Below are positions 18,071-28,207 of a stretch of DNA of 64,000 bases, in pieces. Origin of the DNA: Oligoflexales bacterium. Lineage in GTDB: Bacteria > Bdellovibrionota_B > Oligoflexia > Oligoflexales > JALZUQ01. Below the pieces are notes generated by a model. The model was not told the origin of the DNA. It saw only the letters and a program-made list of their open reading frames with translations, and searched no databases. The stretch spans positions 320 to 64,319 of the forward strand of contig JALZUQ010000035.1 in NCBI GenBank assembly GCA_023301465.1. The letters run 5' to 3'. Each line of letters opens with the position of its first letter. The first letter of the stretch is position 1. The translations under genes and the position numbers were made by a program.

Positions 18071-18691
18071 TCAATTACGCCTAAAGTGGCCCGTGATTTT
18101 CCAATCGTACAAAACATCTTCAGAAACAGTACCTGAACCAATATTATGAACAATCAATAATCTATCATTTCTGCGTTCATCTGACACAATACCTATGTGT
18201 TCTCTACCATTTAAGAGAGTCCAAGTAACGATATCACTCGGCAAAAAAATTGAACTCTCTGTCACCTTCAAAGACCACCCTAACCTTTTAAAATAGATTC
18301 TTAAATTGGGTACACGTCGATGATCTATGTTCTTATCTGTTTTTTTTAAACCCCATATTTTAGGGTATAAATTAAAATGATTTTTCATATCAAGATGCAC
18401 TTGTTTTTGTAGATCTATATCAACAGCTCTTAAAGAACGAATAACAACATCTGTGCAAACACCTCTTACAACCGGTAGATCACCATTAGGATAATTTAGT
18501 TTTTGATATGATGGATCATAGATTAAGGTTTTACCTACCTGCGATTTAGCAGCCTCTACAATTAGCTTCGTTTTACCAGTCAATTTTTCAATTTCAAGTG
18601 CCAGCACTTGATTTTCTGAAGACCAAAATAAACCAATATTAGCTATAAAAACAAAACCACTCAATACTGAAAATATCGTCCATTTCTTCAT
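18071..18691 (-). CDS. DUF1287 (YijF-like) exported protein
   Basis: YDPSY..L.YPNGD, GVCTDVVIR, DKNIDHRRVPNL, HIGIVS, HNIG. Confidence 0.9.
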   Translation of the reverse strand: MKKWTIFSVLSGFVFIANIGLFWSSENQVLALEIEKLTGKTKLIVEAAKSQVGKTLIYDPSYQKLNYPNGDLPVVRGVCTDVVIRSLRAVDIDLQKQVHLDMKNHFNLYPKIWGLKKTDKNIDHRRVPNLRIYFKRLGWSLKVTESSIFLPSDIVTWTLLNGREHIGIVSDERRNDRLLIVHNIGSGTVSEDVLYDWKITGHFRRN

Positions 18692-18849
18692 GATTATAGA
18701 GTAACATTTTTGAATGAGAAAAAATTAAGTACAGATTAATAATTAACGTTTATCTAAGCAAAATAAATACACATATATATAAATTTCTTAGGTGAAAATT
18801 GGTAAATAACACTCTCCTAAATTACCATAAAGAAATACGTGAGGTTAAA

Positions 18850-20226
18850 ATGCAGTATTTAATTTTTGGTGGCACAGGGTTCTTAGGGCAACATCTTGGA
18901 CAAAAAATTTCTAGTGATAACCCCAATACAAAAATTATTGTAGTCAGTAGAAAACCTAGTCAATATAAAGGTTATTTATCTTACCCTTGCGAGATTGTTT
19001 CATTAGATAGGTTTCTTGAAAAACCAGCTTCTATCATCGATAGACCTACTCATGTCATTAACCTAAGCGGTGCTGGTGTAATGGACAAAAGATGGAACTC
19101 CTCTTACAAGCAAATTCTTAGAAATTCTCGCATTGATTTTTCAAAAAAAATCATTGAAGCCACAGAAAGCATTTCACAATATATTCTAAGCTGGGTACAA
19201 GCTTCTGGCATTGGCTACTATGGTAATGTCAGTAAAAAAGTGACAGAAAACTCTCCAGCAGGTAAAAGTTTTTTAGCCCAACTAAGCGTCGAGTGGGAAG
19301 ATACTCTAAACACACTACCCCGAACCATCCCATGTTCAGCTATTATCAGATTAGGAATGGTGCTTGGTAGGTCTGGTGGGCCTTTTCCAATCCTGGCTGA
19401 TGTTTACCACCTTGGCTTAGGGGCAAAGTTTGGAAGCGGTAAACAGCACCTTGCATGGATACATATACAAGATGCCGTCGATCTATTTCTACATGCATCT
19501 AAACAGAATAAACGAAATCAAGTCTATAATGGTTGCAGCCCGGAAAGCACTTTACAAAAAGACTTCCACTTAGAGATGACCAAAGCAAGTGGAAGAATCA
19601 ATCCTACTATTCTTCCAAAATTTATCGCAAGAATAGTTATGGGTGAAAATGCTGAGCTTGTATACTCAGGTCAAAATGCACAACCCGAAAATGCGGTATC
19701 TAGCGGCTTTAAATTCACTCACACAAAAATATCCAACACACTAAAAAACATCTACGGAAAAGCCTATAAACAAAAAAACCTTATTCTGGAACTACATCAA
19801 TGGCTTCCTAAAAACCAAGGTGAAGTGTGGGATTTTTTTAGTGATGAAATGAACCTTGAAAAAATAACACCTGCTCAATTAAATTTTAAAGTATTGGGTA
19901 AATCAACGAACAATATTGAAACCGGCACTCTCATTGATTACAAACTCAAACTACACGGTATACCTGTAAAATGGAGAACAAAAATAACTGATTGGGAACC
20001 TGTCACCACCTTTGTTGACATGCAACTTAAAGGACCATATAAAAAATGGCATCACACTCATGAGTTTAAAAAGATGTCTGAAGGCACACTTATGGTAGAC
20101 CGAGTATTGTATAAACTTCCACTCGGATGGATTGGAGCCTTTTTTGGCTATTTACTCATAAAATGGGATTTAAAAAAAATCTTTGAATACCGAAGAAAAG
20201 CATCCAAAGATTTTTTTTCGAAATAA
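18850..20226 (+). CDS. TIGR01777 family NAD-dependent epimerase fused to C-terminal SRPBCC domain
   Basis: GGTGFLG, INLSGA, ASGIGYYG, WIHIQD; C-terminal FFSDEMNLEKITP...FVDMQLKGPYKKWHHTHEF; ATG 18850 with GAGG RBS. Confidence 0.85.
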   Translation: MQYLIFGGTGFLGQHLGQKISSDNPNTKIIVVSRKPSQYKGYLSYPCEIVSLDRFLEKPASIIDRPTHVINLSGAGVMDKRWNSSYKQILRNSRIDFSKKIIEATESISQYILSWVQASGIGYYGNVSKKVTENSPAGKSFLAQLSVEWEDTLNTLPRTIPCSAIIRLGMVLGRSGGPFPILADVYHLGLGAKFGSGKQHLAWIHIQDAVDLFLHASKQNKRNQVYNGCSPESTLQKDFHLEMTKASGRINPTILPKFIARIVMGENAELVYSGQNAQPENAVSSGFKFTHTKISNTLKNIYGKAYKQKNLILELHQWLPKNQGEVWDFFSDEMNLEKITPAQLNFKVLGKSTNNIETGTLIDYKLKLHGIPVKWRTKITDWEPVTTFVDMQLKGPYKKWHHTHEFKKMSEGTLMVDRVLYKLPLGWIGAFFGYLLIKWDLKKIFEYRRKASKDFFSK

Positions 20227-20235
20227 CTCTTTGGA

Positions 20236-21228
20236 CTAAAATCTTAAATTAGATATTTCATCAATAACATCAGGAAGAGCTGACGAATTCTTTAAGCCGA
20301 TGAGTATTCTTTTTCTTGTAATGTTCATGTTTCGTCTAGTATTTTCTACAAATGCAATCTGCACCCATTTAGGCATCCTAGCTAATAAAGCTGATATATA
20401 CACCTGATCAGAGTCGGAAGCATAACGATCAAAAATTTCAAAAGTTAACTCGGAAAATGCCGGGTATCTTGAAACAGAATAATAAAATAAATAAGAAAAC
20501 ATTGTACTCGAGATACTAGGAGGAAAAGATTTCATATGTTTAAGGATATAGGTAGCCGTCAAAGGATTTACTTTTTTGATGCTCAATTGTCTCAACTCTT
20601 CTGGTGAGGCTTGAATTAAGTACTCTAAAAATTCTCGAGAAGAACCTTTTTTCTTCATATAAACCATAGCTTTTGCAAACTCAATGTCACCTGTTTCCAT
20701 TAAACCAGATTTTAAAATTGAATAACTTGATTTCACATCATTTGCTGCAATAGCTTTTGCTAACTCTGGAATTTTAAGTTCGGCATCACGCTCATTGATA
20801 ATCAAGTGACTAACTTGTCTTTCAATAAACTCACGAACTTCTTTAGTGGGAAGCTCTGCAGCAATAGTCCATCCTGCTTTCTTAGATTCTTCTTGTGATG
20901 AGTTGACCATATCGTACATCAACCGAATAGAAGCTGGGTGTTGAATGTATGTATATAAATGAGCTGAGTTGCGGAGTAAATTCTTAGGTAATCTCGGATG
21001 GTGTGTTGCAAGGTATTGGTAGAGAATCGACTGTGTCTCCTTCCAGTTTTTATTTTTTGAAATCCATTCTTTAGCTTTTATCATTTGAGCACCACTTTTA
21101 GTAATCGCACTCCATATGACTTTCTTTAAAGGACTATTTGTATCAATTTGAATAGAACGCATATTTTGTTCTTGTACTGAAACGCACCCAAACATCATTA
21201 ACCCTAAAGCTAAAAGTAGCATTCTCAT
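20236..21228 (-). CDS. Hypothetical lipoprotein (helical-repeat-like)
   Basis: MRMLLLALGLMMFGC lipobox; 330 aa. Confidence 0.6.
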   Translation of the reverse strand: MRMLLLALGLMMFGCVSVQEQNMRSIQIDTNSPLKKVIWSAITKSGAQMIKAKEWISKNKNWKETQSILYQYLATHHPRLPKNLLRNSAHLYTYIQHPASIRLMYDMVNSSQEESKKAGWTIAAELPTKEVREFIERQVSHLIINERDAELKIPELAKAIAANDVKSSYSILKSGLMETGDIEFAKAMVYMKKKGSSREFLEYLIQASPEELRQLSIKKVNPLTATYILKHMKSFPPSISSTMFSYLFYYSVSRYPAFSELTFEIFDRYASDSDQVYISALLARMPKWVQIAFVENTRRNMNITRKRILIGLKNSSALPDVIDEISNLRF

Positions 21229-21671
21229 TTATTTTTCTCCTCAATAAAGTTTATTTCAAACTTGGTTGGTTTTAAAAATCTAATCTTATTTTTTAGACTG
21301 CTCTCATTTATCTGTGTTCTTCCATAAACACTCAAAGCAAGTATTCCACTTTCTGACTTTAGCTTAAAAGCTCTTGGAGCACTCCGTTTAATTTCACGCA
21401 CCCAATTTCCTAAGCTTAAAATACATGTCTGACTATGTTTTAAGTCACACACCAACTCAATTTGTAGATTATCGCAGACTTGAGTTAAGAGTTTACTAAA
21501 ACTGCCACTTACTTTGATATTTGCATCAGGCATTAGTATTGATTTCATCAATAATTTTTGGAACTTCATTCTCTTTTGAAGCTTCACAACCCAAAGAATC
21601 AAACCAATAGACCCTAGGCCAGCAATAATATGTAAAACTAAGTTAAATGATTCTGCCATAACACCTATCAT
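21225..21671 (-). CDS. Hypothetical membrane-anchored protein
   Basis: N-terminal TM; overlaps next gene by 4 nt. Confidence 0.5.
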   Translation of the reverse strand: MIGVMAESFNLVLHIIAGLGSIGLILWVVKLQKRMKFQKLLMKSILMPDANIKVSGSFSKLLTQVCDNLQIELVCDLKHSQTCILSLGNWVREIKRSAPRAFKLKSESGILALSVYGRTQINESSLKNKIRFLKPTKFEINFIEEKNK

Positions 21672-21873
21672 AGCCTATTTGTTACATCAGTGAATCTAGG
21701 TAAAATCACCAAAAACATAAACAGCTAATAACATTAGATTTTTTTTGTTTATTTTTACACCATTTTCATTTTTGGCGAATGTAATAAATCTCATAAAAAT
21801 AAGTTTATAAGAGGACAAAATCAGCCGAATATTGTTATAACGACATTTCAATTTTTACCTAAAGGACTGCCTA

Positions 21874-22551
21874 ATGAAGACCAGCATTAAAGGCATTGAT
21901 CAAATTTTTATAGTTTCTGCCCCCTCTGGCACCGGTAAGACCTCCCTTAATAAACGGCTAATGGAAAACCATCCAGAATATAAAATTGCGACCTCGCATA
22001 CGACTCGATCAAAAAGAGGCGTTGAAGTAGACAATGTGGACTTTCATTTTGTCCATCATAAAAAATTTAAAAAGCTCATCGCAGATGGTGAAATGATTGA
22101 ATGGGCCAATGTGTTTGGTGAGTTTTATGGCACGTCAAAAGAAATGATCGAAACCGAAATCAAAGAAGGCTTTAAACCAATTTTGGAAATTGATGTCCAA
22201 GGGTATCAACAAATAAAAAACTCCATTGAGAATCAAAAGAGTATTTTTATCCTGCCTCCTAGCATTGAAGACTTATGGACTCGACTAGAAAACAGGGGCA
22301 CTGACTCCTTTGATAAAAGGTGGAGAAGAATTAATACTTCTAAAAATGAGCTGAAGTTCTCATTTTTATATGATTTTTTTATTATTAACGACAAATTTGA
22401 AAGTGCATACAAAAGTCTAGAAGACATAATTATTCACAATAATACTTCAAAACTAATTTCAAAATCACAAGGAACAGAACATTGCGAAAAACTCATCTCT
22501 GAGTTTAAAAATTCAGAGTTACTAAATTCATTGAGACCTAAAAAATCATGA
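21874..22551 (+). CDS. gmk: Guanylate kinase
   Basis: SAPSGTGKT, SHTTR..R..E, EWANVFGEFYGT, LEIDVQG, ILPPS. Confidence 0.95.
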   Translation: MKTSIKGIDQIFIVSAPSGTGKTSLNKRLMENHPEYKIATSHTTRSKRGVEVDNVDFHFVHHKKFKKLIADGEMIEWANVFGEFYGTSKEMIETEIKEGFKPILEIDVQGYQQIKNSIENQKSIFILPPSIEDLWTRLENRGTDSFDKRWRRINTSKNELKFSFLYDFFIINDKFESAYKSLEDIIIHNNTSKLISKSQGTEHCEKLISEFKNSELLNSLRPKKS

Positions 22552-24782
22552 GTGTTATCCAAAAAGAAAAAAGTTATGACTTCAGACACAAAGCGATAGA
22601 TTTCACCGACCCAGACCTTGCTTTTGATTATTTAAGCGAACAAGTAGCTTCATATATGTCATCTCATGAACTTGAGAGTATTAAAAAAGCTTATCAGTTT
22701 GCGGCTGATGCTCATTGTGGACAAACAAGAAAAACAGGTTGCCCTTACATATCTCACCCTGTAACGGTCGCAGGTATTGTTTCTCAACTGAGACTAGATA
22801 TTAGTTCGGTTCTTGCTGCAATTTTGCACGATACCGTTGAAGATACTAGCGTCACTCTCGAAGACATTGAAAGAGAGTTTAATAAAGAAGTTGCTGATTT
22901 GGTCGCTGGATTAACAAAAATTTCAAAAATTAAGTTCAAATCTAACAAAGAAAGACTAGCCGAAAATTTTAGAAAAATGATTATCGCAATGGCTAAGGAT
23001 TTGCGTGTCATTGTTATTAAGCTCTCAGATAGACTACACAACATGCGGACAATCAATCATCTAAAACCAGAAAAACAACTTCGAATAGCAACGGAAACAC
23101 TCGATATCTACGCTCCTCTTGCAGGGAGGTTAGGAATCTATGGAATTAAGGGTGAACTAGAGGACTTATGCCTTCGGGTTATGAAGCCTGAGTTTTATAA
23201 TGAAATTAAAACGAATGTTGCAAAAAAGAAATCCGCTAGAGAATCTTATATACAACAAATTATAGACCTTATTGAAATCGAACTAAAAAAATATGGCTTT
23301 GAAGATTTTAAAGTTTATGGAAGACCAAAACACTTTTTTTCTATTTATAAAAAAATGACTGAAAAACAAGTGAGCTTTGAAGATATTCACGATTTATTTG
23401 CCTTTCGAGTTATTGTCCCCACAGTAAAAGACTGCTACGAAGCGTTGGGCATTATGCATTCTATGTGGAAACCAATGCCTAATCGATTCAAAGATTATAT
23501 AGCAATGTCAAAACCAAATATGTATCAATCACTTCATACAACTGTCATCCATGAAAGTGGTGATCCCGTTGAAATACAAATCCGAACTAAAGAAATGCAT
23601 GAGATTTGCGAGTTTGGAATTGCTGCACATTGGTCTTACAAAGAAAAAACAAAAAACACCGCTCTAAATGCAGAAAAATTTAGCTGGTTAAGACAAATTA
23701 TGGAATGGCAAAATGATTTAAAAGATCCCAGTGAATTTTTAGAAGCCGTAAAAGTAGATTTATTTGAAGATGAAATCTTTGTCTTTACACCTAAAGGTGA
23801 TGTTATCTCCCTCTCTAGAAAAGCGAGTTGTTTAGATTTTGCATTTGCAGTTCACTCTGATGTTGGCATAAAAACGACGGGTGCAAAGATTAACGGAAGA
23901 ATGGCACCGCTTAAAAAACACCTAAAGTCTGGAGATATTGTTGAAATCATCACGTCAAAAAACCAAAACCCGTCCAAAGATTGGTTGAATTTTGTACACA
24001 CATCAAAAGCAAAAAATAAAATTCGATCTTTTTTACGTGCTGAACAGCGAGAAAAAAGCAAAGAACTCGGGCATCAACTATTAGAGCAAAGCCTTAAAAA
24101 GATTAATGTAAATATTGATACAATTAAAAGTCTAAAAGAAGGCAATAATTTAGTAAAATATGCTCGTGAAAGTAATTTTGAAGACCTACTTATTGCAATT
24201 GGTTACGGCAAAATAAACTCTGAAGAACTTATCAAAAAGTCTGCTGCTACTAATAAATGGGTCATCAAAACTGAAGAAATGGATATTTCTCGTGCGATTA
24301 AACCAAATATTCAAAAAAGCAAAAACTCTCAAATTACGGTATCTGGCATAAAAAATGTGCTAGTGAATTTTGCAAGGTGCTGTGATCCGCTGCCGGGTGA
24401 AGATGTTATTGGTTTTATTACTCGTGGCAGAGGTGTAACCATACATAGAACAGACTGCAAAAAGGGCTTAGTCTCTGATCCAAAAAAAGCAGTGGAAGTA
24501 AGTTGGGGAGACAAACAACAATCAAGCGGCAAACACTTTGCGAGTATTAAAGTAATTACCGAAGAAAACCCCGGGATTTTAGCTCAAGTAACTTCAACAA
24601 TTGCAGGATGTGGAGTAAATATAAGCCGTGCAAATGTTAAGCTTGACGAAGGTGTAACAGGTCTACTTGTCTTTGAATTATCACTTACAAGCCTACAGCA
24701 GCTTCAAATGGTCATTAATAAAGTTGAGCAATTAAACTTTGTTTTAAAAGTCGAACGAACTCAAGGATCTAAAAAGCATTAA
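22548..24782 (+). CDS. spoT: Bifunctional (p)ppGpp synthase/hydrolase RelA/SpoT
   Basis: HD motif ILHDTVEDT, DRLHNMRT, YQSLHTT, TGS (DFAFAVHSDVG), CC.PLPGE, ACT domain. Confidence 0.95.
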   Translation: MSVIQKEKSYDFRHKAIDFTDPDLAFDYLSEQVASYMSSHELESIKKAYQFAADAHCGQTRKTGCPYISHPVTVAGIVSQLRLDISSVLAAILHDTVEDTSVTLEDIEREFNKEVADLVAGLTKISKIKFKSNKERLAENFRKMIIAMAKDLRVIVIKLSDRLHNMRTINHLKPEKQLRIATETLDIYAPLAGRLGIYGIKGELEDLCLRVMKPEFYNEIKTNVAKKKSARESYIQQIIDLIEIELKKYGFEDFKVYGRPKHFFSIYKKMTEKQVSFEDIHDLFAFRVIVPTVKDCYEALGIMHSMWKPMPNRFKDYIAMSKPNMYQSLHTTVIHESGDPVEIQIRTKEMHEICEFGIAAHWSYKEKTKNTALNAEKFSWLRQIMEWQNDLKDPSEFLEAVKVDLFEDEIFVFTPKGDVISLSRKASCLDFAFAVHSDVGIKTTGAKINGRMAPLKKHLKSGDIVEIITSKNQNPSKDWLNFVHTSKAKNKIRSFLRAEQREKSKELGHQLLEQSLKKINVNIDTIKSLKEGNNLVKYARESNFEDLLIAIGYGKINSEELIKKSAATNKWVIKTEEMDISRAIKPNIQKSKNSQITVSGIKNVLVNFARCCDPLPGEDVIGFITRGRGVTIHRTDCKKGLVSDPKKAVEVSWGDKQQSSGKHFASIKVITEENPGILAQVTSTIAGCGVNISRANVKLDEGVTGLLVFELSLTSLQQLQMVINKVEQLNFVLKVERTQGSKKH

Positions 24783-25345
24783 TTTCCATTAAATAGTTTT
24801 CCAAGACTTAGATATATTGTTCCATAATGAAAGCTATTCGTTACAGTATTGTAATTGTATGCAACTTGTATTGAATAGAAAAAACCTGAGTGATTAAAAT
24901 ATGTTATCCCCACTTCTGGAGAGGTGTAAAATAAGTATGAAGAGTCCTTTGAAAAGTCACTTTTTTCATTCAATGACAAAACACTGAATTTAAATGAAGC
25001 ACCAACACTCAAATAAAAAGGGTAATAAAGACGCCATAAAAATTGATTTCTATGAAGTACAGAATACAAAAAAGCATCCGTATTTTCTGTTTCTTTTAAT
25101 AATGAAAGGTGATCAAATTCAACACCTATACTAAGCTTCCATTTTTTTTCTTGTATATACCCAAAGCTCAACCCAACATTTGGCACTAAAACCTGCTCTT
25201 GAATATTTCCTTGAGTAGGAATAAATTTTTTTAAGCCTAGCCCCACACTTCCAAAAGAGTTTGAAGCAAAGTGCATCTCTTCTGCAAAGGTTGTGCTGTT
25301 TTGCACTGTGAATATTACCAATAAAAGTAAAAAAAGAACTTTCAT
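24779..25345 (-). CDS. Hypothetical exported beta-barrel-like protein
   Basis: Signal peptide, aromatic-rich alternating strands. Confidence 0.5.
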   Translation of the reverse strand: MKVLFLLLLVIFTVQNSTTFAEEMHFASNSFGSVGLGLKKFIPTQGNIQEQVLVPNVGLSFGYIQEKKWKLSIGVEFDHLSLLKETENTDAFLYSVLHRNQFLWRLYYPFYLSVGASFKFSVLSLNEKSDFSKDSSYLFYTSPEVGITYFNHSGFFYSIQVAYNYNTVTNSFHYGTIYLSLGKLFNGN

Positions 25346-25493
25346 TCATCTCTCCGTAACATTCTAAAAACTTAACCTTTATATGTATAAATTGCTATTT
25401 TCTAAAATGATTCAACATAAGTAGCGTTGTGAACTTGGACTATTTTTTATACAGAGCATATAATAAATACAAGGATCATAGGGAGTTTCATTC

Positions 25494-27269
25494 ATGAAAC
25501 AGATTACACTTTTTTTTATTTTAATTCTTATCCACGCTAACCTGTTGGCTCAAAATGAGTTGAACAGCGAAGATGAATTAAACTTTGTAGATGACTCTGA
25601 AACAGAAGAAGCCCTTAATAGTTCAACAGTCTCCTCTAAAGACGATGAATCTGAGTTGCTCCAAGGTGAAAGCATTGACGATGACTTTGATAACAGCGAG
25701 CAAGAAGAACAACAGCAGCAAGAAGAACAACAGCAGCAGCAGCAGCAGCAGCAGCAAGAAGAACAACAGCAGCAGCAGCAGCAAGAAGAACAACAGCAAC
25801 AGCAGCAGCAAGAAGAACAACAGCAACAGCAGCAGCAAGAAGAACAACAGCAAGAATACTCTCAACTAGAGAACGATGAGTTAATTAATGAGAATACTGA
25901 AAACTCGGATATAGAGTCAGCATCAAGTGTTTCAGAAAATATTGAAAACGAAAATGTAAATAATACCATAGAAAACCTAAATCCAGAGGTATCTAACAGT
26001 TCAAATGAGGATAACATTTCAGAAAGTTTTAGTTCTGAAAGTAATATCTACGATAATGAGTCGACCGAACTGGTTCAAGTTGATGATAGTACTCCCCCAC
26101 CCTCAAGCCAATTACCTGAACCAAATGAGTTTGGTGGTACTGCTAGCATTCCGGGAACGGCACGCTTATTAGCTGTAGGTGAAGCTCCAATAGAATACAT
26201 TGTCAAACCTGGAGATACCCTTTTTGATATTTGCGATCAGCTACTAGATGAACCAAACTACTGGAAGAAACTCTGGGCACTTAACACAAATATTAGAAAC
26301 CCTCATTTTATATACCCCGGTAAAGTATTACGCTTTTTTCCCGGTGATAATTCTAGACCACCGTCTATGGAAATTGTAAATAATCAAGACACAAACCCTA
26401 TTGACAGCGATAGGTTATCAAATAATGAATTAATAGACGAAAATGTCGCAGCAGTAGACCCTCTGGATGTAAGTGATTTTGAAAAGAAACTTGTTGAATT
26501 AGACGATATTAATGTTAGTTCAGATATCTTAGAAAAATTTATTTTTGCTGGTGGTTTAAGTAATAAAGATACTATTAAAGTACGTTTACCAGCAATTGTG
26601 TTTCCAGAAACTCCCGAAGTGTTAGGTGTTCATGTTGGATCTCTTGATGGGAAGCCCATTTCTGTTATTCGTAGAACTGCTATTTTTCAATCACAAAATG
26701 ATAAAATAAAAATTGGAGAGACATATAATATTCTTCGACAAGAAGATGATGTTGAAGATAGAAATGGGTCTGACGTTGGCAAATATTATACAATTGTAGG
26801 GCAATTTAAAGCTAAGAAAAAACTCAACGACGATGGCTACATGACAGGAATGATCACAGGAAATAATAATGCTGCCATCTTACCTGGAGATATTGTGTCG
26901 CCATACTTTTCAGTTGTAAGACAGGTAAAAGCAAAGACAATGTCTGAAATAAGCGGTGATGATATTGATGCTAGCATCATTGGGTTTAGCTCACCAACAC
27001 ACATACTAGGCGGCAGAGGTGATTTAGTAATCATTGACAGAGGATCAAATGAGGGCGTTAATGAAGGTCAAATTATAAATATTTATACGCATTATGGACG
27101 CTATAAAGGAGTTGGCCTAACTGAAGAATACCCAGATAAAGAAGCTGACGGTTATAGAATTGGAATTTTTCAAGCTTTATACACCACAAAAGATGTGTCT
27201 ATAGGATACATTTTAGATGTCAAAGAAGAGGTCACGATTGGTGACAGAACAATCCGTTTTGCAGGCTAG
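25494..27269 (+). CDS. LysM peptidoglycan-binding protein (TsaP-like) with acidic/poly-Q linker
   Basis: Signal peptide; YIVKPGDTLFDI...WKKLWALN.NIRNPHFIYPG; DLVIIDRG..EGV; immediately upstream of dprA. Confidence 0.8.
   Translation: MKQITLFFILILIHANLLAQNELNSEDELNFVDDSETEEALNSSTVSSKDDESELLQGESIDDDFDNSEQEEQQQQEEQQQQQQQQQQEEQQQQQQQEEQQQQQQQEEQQQQQQQEEQQQEYSQLENDELINENTENSDIESASSVSENIENENVNNTIENLNPEVSNSSNEDNISESFSSESNIYDNESTELVQVDDSTPPPSSQLPEPNEFGGTASIPGTARLLAVGEAPIEYIVKPGDTLFDICDQLLDEPNYWKKLWALNTNIRNPHFIYPGKVLRFFPGDNSRPPSMEIVNNQDTNPIDSDRLSNNELIDENVAAVDPLDVSDFEKKLVELDDINVSSDILEKFIFAGGLSNKDTIKVRLPAIVFPETPEVLGVHVGSLDGKPISVIRRTAIFQSQNDKIKIGETYNILRQEDDVEDRNGSDVGKYYTIVGQFKAKKKLNDDGYMTGMITGNNNAAILPGDIVSPYFSVVRQVKAKTMSEISGDDIDASIIGFSSPTHILGGRGDLVIIDRGSNEGVNEGQIINIYTHYGRYKGVGLTEEYPDKEADGYRIGIFQALYTTKDVSIGYILDVKEEVTIGDRTIRFAG
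25701..25856 (+). repeat. CAG/CAA-rich tandem repeat encoding (QEEQQQQ..)n
   Basis: Repeated CAAGAAGAACAA(CAG/CAA)n units. Confidence 0.95.
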
Positions 27270-27283
27270 ACAAATGTCTCTTC

Positions 27284-28207
27284 ATGACTTTTAGAGTCGA
27301 TAGTACTTTCAAGGTCATGAATAATTGCCTTACAAAAAAAATAGAACTCCTTTTTATTTCAAAATTTCTTACGCCCAATAAACGTGAACAATGGGCAAAG
27401 GTTTTTACACAACACGAGCACCCATTTTTAAATGAGAATATTCAAAATATCGTTTTTGACATCTGCAGTAATCCAGCAAAATACTTCTATAGATTTGAGG
27501 AAGATTCAGAACAACAACACATAAAGAATTTTATTTGCTGCTGCAAAAAAATATTGAACCAATCTTTATATTGGATATTCCCATCACATCCTCATTACCC
27601 TTCTCAGCTTAAAATAAACCACAAACATCAAAGTTTTTTTGCTATTGGAAATACTAGCGTCCTTACTAAAAAAATCTTCACAGTCATCGGCTCGAGAAAA
27701 ACTTCTAGCACATCGCAGAAAATTGCTAGTTTACTAGGTTTTTATATAAATGAGACCAACCACACGATTGCAAGTGGGGGAGCCATAGGCATAGATATTG
27801 CCTCGCAATTACATACTTTTAAAAACTCAGTTCAAAAAAATATATTAGTTGCACTACCTAGTGGGGTTTGCAACATTGTACCAAAATGCCATGAGCGTAT
27901 TATTAGAAACATTTCTCTAAGCGGTGGCTGCATTATCAGCACCCCCCACCCTTTTGCAAGTGCTCCAAGGTATTCGTATATTCTTCGAAATCAATTTCTT
28001 GCTCATATTTCAGAGGCTGTTTATGTCGTTCAAGCAAACAATAAGTCTGGTGCACTTTCTACAGCTGAATATGCCATAGACCATGGCATTGATGTAACGG
28101 TATGGAATGGAGAGTTAAACGATATACGATCAAAAGGATCACGTAAGCTTATTGCCGATGGCGTGCAACACTTTTCGAATGCTAAAGACTTTCCTTTTAT
28201 TGTATGA
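27284..28207 (+). CDS. dprA: DNA-processing protein DprA (divergent, short)
   Basis: VIGSRK, IASGGAIGID, RNQFLA, VVQANNKSGALSTA, GSRKLIADG. Confidence 0.8.
   Translation: MTFRVDSTFKVMNNCLTKKIELLFISKFLTPNKREQWAKVFTQHEHPFLNENIQNIVFDICSNPAKYFYRFEEDSEQQHIKNFICCCKKILNQSLYWIFPSHPHYPSQLKINHKHQSFFAIGNTSVLTKKIFTVIGSRKTSSTSQKIASLLGFYINETNHTIASGGAIGIDIASQLHTFKNSVQKNILVALPSGVCNIVPKCHERIIRNISLSGGCIISTPHPFASAPRYSYILRNQFLAHISEAVYVVQANNKSGALSTAEYAIDHGIDVTVWNGELNDIRSKGSRKLIADGVQHFSNAKDFPFIV

Noticed and set aside
25591-25869. Ser/Lys/Asn-repeat ORF (+) and poly-Leu ORF (-)
   Set aside because: Off-frame and antisense readings of the CAG/CAA tract inside the LysM gene.
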